A program made the translations under genes and the position numbers. A DNA stretch of 62,822 nucleotides, counting the filler, from Stramenopiles sp. TOSAG23-2 (lineage: Eukaryota): the NCBI GenBank assembly GCA_900128395.1. It is 7 parts of 7 records of this genome, joined end to end, with 100 filler letters (N's around TTAATTAATTAA, not from the genome) between each part and the next. Parts side by side here need not be neighbours in the genome. Positions count along the whole stretch, not along the records: positions 1 to 8,898 come from LT650149.1; positions 8,999 to 17,895 come from LT650150.1; 5 more parts are not named here. The stretch is one strand, 5' to 3'. Every line of letters begins with the position of its first letter. Position 1 is the stretch's first letter. This document shows, piece after piece, positions 1 through 9,559 of the stretch. The notes under the pieces were generated by a model, which had not been told where the DNA came from, made no database searches, and was given only the letters and a program-made list of their open reading frames with translations.

Positions 1-99
1 TCTTATATTGCCTAGTTGTGTCTTTTAAATCAATTACATTGATCTGTTCTTTTCTCTCTCTGTAACTTTACCGGTACCTTTTACGTCTCGTATACGAAT

Positions 100-1281
100 T
101 TATTTTATTACGTGTTGCCGTTTAGAAAAACCGACTAACCTAGCCTTTTCATCTTTTGGGTAAAAACTCTCTTTAAAATATTGGTATTTTGTATAATTGT
201 AGTTCTTCTCAACAATTGCATCATCTATTTCTTTTAATGTATCTATCAATATAGCTGGATAACCTATATATTTATCATCCTCTTTGTTATGCTCTAACTT
301 TTCCTTCTTTCTATTTTCTTTTAGCATAACTTTGTACGCACTGAATTTCATGCTTGAATTATTGCTTAAACGTTTCATGGCATTGTTGCTACTTAAATTA
401 CTGCTGCGTATTGGTGGTGATCTAAATATGTACGATTGTTCCTTCACTTCTGGTGTATCAGCTTGTGTAGTAGTATAATATTTATCCAAAGCGTTTCTAC
501 GAGCACACAGTAATAACCATATTAAAAAAACATCCAAACGCAAAGTTTCTTGATTTTTGTCAATTATTAAATGATATGAATTCAATAATCCTGTTATTGT
601 TGATCGACTAGTCCGTATACGGGCTGACTTTCTTAATTCCAAATGTATATTTTTGATATATATTTGTGTAAATACATGGTATTTTCCCATTTTTAGAGCA
701 TGTTTGTAAAATTTTGCTACTGCATTTGTCCAGTTTCCGTTGGTCACATGATGATCATGTATATTTTCTAATAAATAAATGGTTTTGTATACACGCATTG
801 TTATTTTTCGCTTATACATTCTATCTTTCACCACATTTTTCCATCTTTTTATCTCTTGTTTGTAATAAATCTGCTGGACTAAATATTTTCGCACATATTT
901 TTGAATGATTATTGCATTTTTTAATATCAACGCTTCTCTATAGTTTTTTACTAGTATATAAAATACCTTTGTTTTGATTTTGCTATCACGATTTTTCAAG
1001 CTCATTGTTACTACTTTTTCTCTATGCTTATTTAATTTAATTACATAGTTACGGAACGATTGAAATTGTATTCTATAAAGTTTGTGTAAATATACATATA
1101 CTTTCAAATTGTTAAATGTTGGTTTTACATATCGTGTAAAAAACATAAAATTTAATATTCTTTTTTTTTGCTTTAAACGTTCTTTGGTTTTACGTTTAAA
1201 TGTGCGAAAATAATATCGTATTTTGTTTCTCCATTTTGACTTCATAAAATTCATATACGCATACCTCAATAATTGTTCCAT
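100..1281 (-). CDS. Basic, helical IQ-motif-containing protein of unknown function
   Basis: 393-aa ORF; IQ-like motif AIIIQKYVRKYLVQ; K/R- and aromatic-rich helical segments. Confidence 0.6.
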   Translation of the reverse strand: MEQLLRYAYMNFMKSKWRNKIRYYFRTFKRKTKERLKQKKRILNFMFFTRYVKPTFNNLKVYVYLHKLYRIQFQSFRNYVIKLNKHREKVVTMSLKNRDSKIKTKVFYILVKNYREALILKNAIIIQKYVRKYLVQQIYYKQEIKRWKNVVKDRMYKRKITMRVYKTIYLLENIHDHHVTNGNWTNAVAKFYKHALKMGKYHVFTQIYIKNIHLELRKSARIRTSRSTITGLLNSYHLIIDKNQETLRLDVFLIWLLLCARRNALDKYYTTTQADTPEVKEQSYIFRSPPIRSSNLSSNNAMKRLSNNSSMKFSAYKVMLKENRKKEKLEHNKEDDKYIGYPAILIDTLKEIDDAIVEKNYNYTKYQYFKESFYPKDEKARLVGFSKRQHVIK

Positions 1282-1965
1282 GATGATGGTAGCTAGCTAT
1301 CGCAACCACCACACACTACATGCAGTATATTATATATTACAGTTTATATACATTCAACTCAATTAATTTCTGTTATTCTTATTATTATTATTATTATTAT
1401 TTGTGGTTTTAATATACAAATATATCATTATATATCATTCCTTGCATCTTGCATCCATTGTCATTTTTATATAATTTATATATATCGTGCTATCCATATA
1501 CAGTATATGCCATGTGTGTGTACGAATTTATAAAAAAAAATTTTTTTTACAATAATATTTTTTCTCCTTAAATAGAAGCCAATTTTTATCAAGTACAAAC
1601 TTTAGTAGTGTAATCGATATATCCAGAATTGGGTAAACGGAAACCCAAAAAATATATTTATTATACCTGGTATTAGTAGTATGTACTTGGTAGTATAAAG
1701 CGCGATTTTATTAATTTATTAACTGATATATTCGCAAAAACTCCAAAATATATTAATATATATATTAATAAATATATATTTAATTACATTTATGACGTAT
1801 GTATAGCTACATTTGTATCAATCGTATTTGCTATTTATTATGGTGGTGGTGTCTATGGCAACCAATAATATTATTAATTGTCTCTTTTTTTTTTTGTTTG
1901 GTCTTAGTATTAATTTAAATATATAAATATAAATTAATGAATAGACATATAAATATTGTGCACCA

Positions 1966-2160
1966 ATGGAAGTAAAAGATAATGATATTAATATTCATCC
2001 TCCATTTAAAATTGATATGGATGATGAGGATGATAATAGTTTAGACTTGGCAACATTTTTAGATGATGATGATGCTATATTAGGGATCGACAATATATTT
2101 GGTATTGATGGTGATTTAAATAATTATGGAAATGAGAATAGCAATGTACAAAAAGATGTA

Positions 2161-2192
<32 letters not shown>

Positions 2193-4860
2193 CAACGGCA
2201 ATTCTACAATTACAACTGATGATAATAATAATAATAATAATAATAATAACATTTGGGACGTAGATATAGAAAATGATGAGCAAACAACAAATGAGGAAAA
2301 TATCAGTTTTAAAGATATAGAAAACCAATTTAACCAGCTTTTATATCAGCCAAATAATACCGAAAAGATGAAACAAAGGAAGCAAAAGATATTAAAAACT
2401 ATACCGAAAATATCTCCTGCGCTTTCCAAATTAATAGGTATTAATTCTGTGGATGAAATAACTTTGAAAAATTTATTTGTAACATATAATTTAGGATATG
2501 ATGGTGAAATTGATTTGGTTGAATTTCATAACGTAATTGGTGTTCAGTCAACGCCATTTTCACGTAAAGCATTTCGATTTATGGATGATGATCATAGTGG
2601 TGGACTTGATTTTGTTGAATTTGTTAGTCATATCACTGGTTATGTCACCATGTCCAAATCACAAATTGCTAGTTTTGCATTTGAGATATATAGTAGATCC
2701 ATAGGTATTATTAATAACAACCATTTATTGAATAATAATAAAGAAGAAGATGGCGGCGGGGGAAAAGCAACAACACGAAAATTACCAATTGATCATATCG
2801 TTAGACTTGTTTGTGATACACATGAAGATTCACATGATAATGACTTAGTGACAGAAAAAAACGTTACAGATGCATTTAAAGAATTTCATGATAAAACAAA
2901 AACAGGTTATGTCACAATTGATGAGTTTGTCAACGCAGCAATAAAAAATGAGATATTAATTATGCCATTGTTAAAATTTAAAGAGCAAATTGTAAAAAAT
3001 ATTGTAAATGAAAAGTTTTGGAAAAAAATAATTGATCGTGTCAGTAAGCAAGAAAAAGAGAAAAATCAACAAAACGAAACAAATAAAATCGAAGTAGCAG
3101 AAACATCAAAAGATCTTGATGTTACTACAATAAACAACAATAACAACAACAACAACAACAATAATAATAATAACAATAACAATAAGACAATAATTGATGA
3201 AAATCATCATAGTAACTGGTTTAAAAAATTTGGCTTATCTTATCATCATGGTGGTGTTATAACACCTGTAAATACATTGACTGGATTTGCTAAAATTGCT
3301 CGCGATGCTGAAGTCAAATTAGAGGACAGATCAGGTAATCCTAGACGTGGATCTGTATGGGATAATTTTGAAAACAATATCCCTCCACCAGTTGTTGAAT
3401 ATAATAATCATACAATCAGAACTGGATATAATAAAAATAATCACATGCACCATCATCATCCATCATCCGCACCGAAATCTCGTCATCCACTACGTCATGG
3501 TCATCCAAAATTTAAATCAGCGAGTGCTGCAAATCTTGCAAATATTGCAGAATCACCATCAACATCATTATCTACAAATAACAATGGGAATAGCGATGCT
3601 AAGAATACGTCTAATTCATTCCCTGTGTTACCTGATATGCCACCTGTTGATGAGAAGAAACCGCCTATATTTGAACATGATGTAATACAACGTTGGAAAA
3701 AATTTACACATCATACAGAGGAAAACAAACAAAAGCCAAAAATGCAAGATGCAGAGACACAAACAAATGTAGATGCATCTACACAAACAAGAAGTAGAAA
3801 AGAACAGATCAATGTAATTGATTTAAAAGACACAACTAGGCAATATAAGATAACGCCTATTAAAACAAGTGGTCGCCGAGGTAAAAAAATTGTGAAAAGT
3901 TGGAAACGAACACCATGTGTTATTTGTGGTAAAGAAGGACATGTTTTGTATTCATGTCCACGTAGAGCGAAAAAAAATCTTGAACGTGACATTGATCATC
4001 AACTAGAATTAGATACGAAAAGATCGAAGGAAGAAAGGTGGAAAAATCGGCGTGAAAGAAAGCACATGTTATTATTGAGCAAAGCATCGCTGAAGAAAAA
4101 AACTAGTAAAGGAATCAAAATTAATAAGAAGAAAAAAAATAATTCATTAAAACCACGCCCAAGCTCTGCAAAAATAACTCGAATTGGTCAACGCCGAAAA
4201 AAACATCGGCATAATCATAGCCTCAAAAATAGCAATAGGATGAAAAAAAAGAATATTAGGGAAAATATTGTATCATTTTACCACATACCAATTGCACCGC
4301 TTGTCGATGTTAGTAAAAATAGGCCATTATCAGCACCCTTGCTTTTGCGTAGGGTTAAACCACCGGTAAGATATGATGAAATCAGAGCATTTGATATTGA
4401 TGAACCTAGTGCTGCTTCATTCAAATGGAAAAAATCTGTAATTGAATCCAATAAAGCAATGGATAAAATGAGACACAGCGAATGGAATGAACGTAAACGT
4501 GAATCGCAAAGGAAAAGTGCATCTTTATTTGCAACGTTAAATGATGAAGATCATGCCTTGCTTGGTCAATCAAGAAAACATTTAAACAAGAAAATTAAAA
4601 AATCAAAGTTGGAAAAAAAAGGTCCGAGAGATCGATTGCGTAATAAAAAGAGTTTTGCTGCCTTGGCATCTTCGGATATAAAATATCCGACTGGTTTTTA
4701 TGGTGGTAGTGTCAGTAAAGAGGAAGAATTAGACGAAGATGGATTTCCAAATTGGAAATTAGACGAAGTAGTGATGCGTAGGGATAATATTACGGATTCT
4801 TTTGGCGTTCGAATGATGAATGATTTGGAACAGTTTAAAATGAAGAAAAAAATGACGTGA
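1966..4860 (+). CDS. EF-hand (calcineurin B/CBL-like) protein with CCHC zinc knuckle and basic low-complexity C-terminus
   Basis: 964-aa ORF; EF loops NLGYDGEIDLVEF, DDDHSGGLDFVEF, DKTKTGYVTIDEF; CVICGKEGHVLYSC (CX2CX4HX4C) at 3916-3957; poly-Asn tracts. Confidence 0.75.
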
Positions 4861-4990
4861 GATGCAAGAGATGAACAGAAAAATAAACAAATGTATTACG
4901 TATAATTTTACAGACGAGAAGTACAAATGTAATTATTTTCGTACGTGTTTCGGTACGAATAATGTACGAATATTATATATATTTTAATAT

Positions 4991-6316
4991 TCAAGACAAT
5001 TGAGGGAATATTGGCTTTTCCTCTCCCTTTACTCCTGGTAATACTCCGCCTGCTTTTTTATTTCGGAGACATAAATTTTTCTTATTCAATAATTTTCTTG
5101 CTGCTCTTTTTTCATCATCAATTCGTCGAAGTACACCATTGATCCATGCTGTAAACTTTATACGTTTATAATATCTAGCACTCTCTGCAACATCACGTTT
5201 CATTTTGTTTTTTTGAAAAACATTTGCACCATGCCGTAACAACATTTTGCCACACTCAAGACTACCATGGATACCACACGTATTTAAAGGTGTATTCCCA
5301 CTTCGATCTTCTAATTCTATTTCCAATTTTCTATCCAATAAAAACTGAAGGCATTGTATTCGACGTTTCATAATATTAACATGCGTATCAGCAACACTGC
5401 ATACAACATGCAAGGCGGACATCTTGTTTTTATCAACAAAATTAATGTTTTGAGATGGTCGCAAAAGTGCAGCAACACACATTGGATGTGCGTTATATGC
5501 AGCATTCATTAGCGCAGTTCGACCTTCTGCATCAATTGCATCTAGTGGGGCATTGTTTCCCATTAAATATTCAACGATATGTACAAATCCAAATCGTGCA
5601 GCTAAGATAATTGGTGACCCATATTCATGACCAGCTTTTATATCAGCATTGTATTCTTCCGTTAATAATATTACTGATTCCATATTTCCACGACGACAAG
5701 CGGCTTGAAGCGCTGTGTATCCACCATCATCTAACGCATTTACTTGAACCGTTTGACTATTTAGTATATGTTTTATTGTATCTCTATCATTCCGTTCAGC
5801 TGCAAAAGTTAACGCATTGACATTGTCAACTGCATTCGCAACTTTAGCAGATTTCTGTTCAAAATCTTTTTGCAATGCTGTCATTTCCTTTATCGTATTT
5901 TCAAGCTCATTTTCTAAATTAGCTTTTGCTTCTTCTAATTCTTTTACAGTTGATAATGCATTTTCTTTCATAGCATTTGCAAATTTTGTATCTGCTTCTG
6001 CCTTATCTTTATTTTTCGTAGCCTCAGATGCTTCATTCAATGCTTCATCTCTTTCATTTGTCAAAGTTTCTACTTGTTCTTCTAATGCTTCTTTTTCATT
6101 TTCTAAATTATCTTGTTCATTTTCTAAATCATTAAATTGTCGTTGCAATTCCATTTTTTCATGTTTTTCTTTCTCTAATGCTTTTGATAATTCAACAATT
6201 TTATCCCTTGCCTTTGCCGCTTGGGCTTGCATACGATTGTTAATTTGTTCTTGAGACATGGAGCTTCCACCACTACCAGGTTTTTTTTTCGATCCAAATG
6301 ATTTAAATAGTGACAT
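4991..6316 (-). CDS. Coiled-coil plus ankyrin-repeat protein
   Basis: 441 aa; E/K-rich heptad N-half; ankyrin motifs GYTALQAAC, GSPIILAA, GRTALMNAA, MSALHVVC, GNTPLNTC. Confidence 0.85.
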   Translation of the reverse strand: MSLFKSFGSKKKPGSGGSSMSQEQINNRMQAQAAKARDKIVELSKALEKEKHEKMELQRQFNDLENEQDNLENEKEALEEQVETLTNERDEALNEASEATKNKDKAEADTKFANAMKENALSTVKELEEAKANLENELENTIKEMTALQKDFEQKSAKVANAVDNVNALTFAAERNDRDTIKHILNSQTVQVNALDDGGYTALQAACRRGNMESVILLTEEYNADIKAGHEYGSPIILAARFGFVHIVEYLMGNNAPLDAIDAEGRTALMNAAYNAHPMCVAALLRPSQNINFVDKNKMSALHVVCSVADTHVNIMKRRIQCLQFLLDRKLEIELEDRSGNTPLNTCGIHGSLECGKMLLRHGANVFQKNKMKRDVAESARYYKRIKFTAWINGVLRRIDDEKRAARKLLNKKNLCLRNKKAGGVLPGVKGEEKPIFPQLS

Positions 6317-6529
6317 GATGTATATTTATTTTTTTGTAATTTTAATATATTTTATATTGATTTGTTTAAATAATAAAATGTATAAATAATTCAATGTATT
6401 GAAACAAGAAAAAGAAATGTTAATACAAACACACATATATATATACATGGAATTTTTTATCCACATAAAGTATATAAGTAGTACTTATAAAAATGTGTAC
6501 CGAAAAAAAAAAATCGTATTTTTCCTTCG

Positions 6530-7073
6530 NNNNNNNNNNNNNNNNNNNNNNNNNNNNNNNNNNNNNNNNNNNNNNNNNNNNNNNNNNNNNNNNNNNNNNN
6601 NNNNNNNNNNNNNNNNNNNNNNNNNNNNNNNNNNNNNNNNNNNNNNNNNNNNNNNNNNNNNNNNNNNNNNNNNNNNNNNNNNNNNNNNNNNNNNNNNNNN
6701 NNNNNNNNNNNNNNNNNNNNNNNNNNNNNNNNNNNNNNNNNNNNNNNNNNNNNNNNNNNNNNNNNNNNNNNNNNNNNNNNNNNNNNNNNNNNNNNNNNNN
6801 NNNNNNNNNNNNNNNNNNNNNNNNNNNNNNNNNNNNNNNNNNNNNNNNNNNNNNNNNNNNNNNNNNNNNNNNNNNNNNNNNNNNNNNNNNNNNNNNNNNN
6901 NNNNNNNNNNNNNNNNNNNNNNNNNNNNNNNNNNNNNNNNNNNNNNNNNNNNNNNNNNNNNNNNNNNNNNNNNNNNNNNNNNNNNNNNNNNNNNNNNNNN
7001 NNNNNNNNNNNNNNNNNNNNNNNNNNNNNNNNNNNNNNNNNNNNNNNNNNNNNNNNNNNNNNNNNNNNNNNNN
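6530..7073. other. Intra-scaffold assembly gap (544 N)
   Basis: Run of N without the linker motif. Confidence 0.99.
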
Positions 7074-7101
7074 AAAAATATAATACATAATATAAATTAC
7101 A

Positions 7102-8898
7102 ATGAGTGAGAAAACACCTGATGATAATAATAATAATGATAATAATAATCCTGCGCTAAGACAAGTTGCATCTACGCCTATTATGCTTACTCCTTCGAAT
7201 TTACCAAGGACACCAAGTGTAACAACTGCATATGCATTTCATGCTTCCATTTATGATGTATTAATTGATAAATCAAATGAAACCAAACCAGTTGTTTATT
7301 ATATATTGCAAATGACTGGTGAGCTTGTTGGTAGTGGGGCGGAAAGTGTTGAATGGACAGTTTCGAGAAGGTACAGTTCGTTTGTACAGTTAAAAAGTGA
7401 GCTGGCAGTAATAGGATTTTCAGAATTACCTCCGTTACCACCAAAAACTTGGTTTATGGACCGTTTAAATACAGGATTAATTGAAAAAAGGAAAATTGAA
7501 TTAACAAATTTTGTTAATGCTATTATACGAAATAGGGAATTATTTAAAACCAGACTTGTACGTTATTTTTTAAAAACATCTGATTTTTTTAAAAAACGTT
7601 CTGCATCATCGATACGACGTAGTAATGCTTATCGTGGTAGTAGAGCAGAATCTATTGAAGAGGAAGAGGAAGAGGGGAAAGAAGACGGGCCACCTTCATC
7701 TGCTGGCACATCTTCGAATCGGATTAGTCGCTCTTCAAGGCTTGGACAAACTGTTTCTTTAATACCAAGTCCATCAGCATTATCAGCAATGAATCCTGAT
7801 CAGTCCAGGGAAGTTTATACCACATTACGTGCTGTCTCGTTTGATAATAATGGTGTAGATATAGATGCAAGATGGGGTGATCCGGTTACCTATGCATCAC
7901 CGAACAATAGTAGTAGTAGTGGTGGAGATAGTAGTATAACATCATGGATGCCACGTCAAATTCGATTACAAATGGAAAATGAAAAAGTATTTTTGACGAT
8001 TGATCCTGATAAATTCACTGAAACGGAATTATTAAATGTAGATGGTGTATGGATAGAAGTTGATAGCAATTCAATTGCAACTACAAGTTTAAATGGTGCT
8101 AAAATTAAATTGCTGGTACAAAGAGAAAGGTTGAGATCTTTTTCAAATAGTGGTAGTAGTCTTAATGACAACAATGGCGAAGGAAATTTAAGTATGTTAC
8201 CATCTATGTTTTTGTTGGTAATTATACCATTGTCATTGTCGTATTTGATATTATTTACTGAATATAATTCAAACATAGTATTAATGATTAGTGGTTTCGT
8301 GATCCTTTTCTCATTATACATATTAAAGGATATGTTACATGGTATGCCAGAAAAAAGTTCACAATCTGGAAGCAACAACAATAATATTGGAAATGAAGTG
8401 TTGCGTACATTAATTACATTTATTGATTGTGAGTTGAGCAGTAGCAGGTCTAATAATGACAATAATAATGTTGAAGAAGATATATCGTCCCAGACAGTTG
8501 CATCTCCACGTGCAGGTAGTGAAATACAAGAAAGCAAAGTATATATGAATCATTCTGGTACATGGATTGTCGATGCAAACCGCTCAAAAACTACGTATGA
8601 GCCTATGTTGATTGCCTTGGGAATTTCATGGCCGTTGCGCATGTTAGTCAGATCGTTAAAGACAGAAATGCGTGTGAAGCATACTTTAACGCATATAAAT
8701 CGTCGTGATCATTTTCAAAATGGTGGTAAACCAGTCGCTAAAGACAAAGACAATCATATTTTTCCACTTAATGGTAAAACATATTTTAAACGTGATGAAA
8801 AAAATGAAGATGTATACGTAACACATACATTTGAACCAGATAATGGCGGTTGTATACAATCAATTACCATTAATAAAACACAAAATATAAAAATTGTT
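7102..8898 (+). CDS. PX-domain, two-TM, FABP/lipocalin-like protein (3'-truncated at contig end)
   Basis: PX signature VYYIL...WTVSRRYSSFVQLKSEL...LPPLPPK...IEKRKIELTNFV; two hydrophobic helices at ~8195-8335; C-terminal HSGTWIVD..S...YEPMLIALGISWPLR resembles the FABP N-terminus. Confidence 0.75.
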
Positions 8899-8998
8899 NN
8901 NNNNNNNNNNNNNNNNNNNNNNNNNNNNNNNNNNNNNNNNNNTTAATTAATTAANNNNNNNNNNNNNNNNNNNNNNNNNNNNNNNNNNNNNNNNNNNN
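8899..8998. other. Artificial contig linker N44-TTAATTAATTAA-N44
   Basis: Palindromic 12-mer giving TAA stops in all six frames, flanked by 44 N each side; recurs six times. Confidence 0.98.
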
Positions 8999-9559
8999 AT
9001 AGTTTTTTTTAGTCATTTCTGTAAATTAATAATTTATTTAAGTACAAATTTTAATGTATAAATTTGATGCCAGAAATTCTGCTATCCCTAATTTCTGAAA
9101 ACAAGAAATGTCAAAATTATTTTGCCAATTGATAGGAAAAATAGTATACTAGTGGAGCCTAAGTTTAAAAAGCTATTTTCAATGTTTTTCCTTTGTTTTC
9201 ATGTAATGAAATGAAAAATCCAACATCACAACAAGGAAATAGAAGAATTTAGGTTGAAAATGTTAGTTTTAATGAAATTTGATGAAAAATATGCGCGATG
9301 TAATGGTATGTACTGTTAAACAGCCAGAACCAACACTAATTATAGATTTTTATAGAAAATGAATATGTACATATATATCAATAGTAGTATCCAAGATAAT
9401 ACATATAATGTTGCAAATACACATGCAAATGTGTTGGGATATATATAAATACGAAATACAATTTATATATATTTACGTAAATAAATTGAAATAGAAATAA
9501 TTACTCTTAATATCGTTGTAATATCGATATTATTACAACCTTTTTTTTTTTCTTCAACC

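Noticed and set aside
3916-3957. Retrotransposon gag
   Set aside because: Single knuckle within an EF-hand protein; no protease, RT, integrase or LTRs
6399-7109. ORFs spanning the N gap
   Set aside because: Composed mostly of X; artefacts of the gap
8943-8954. Regularly spaced TTAATTAATTAA palindrome as a biological repeat
   Set aside because: Always centred in 44+44 N; a synthetic six-frame stop linker
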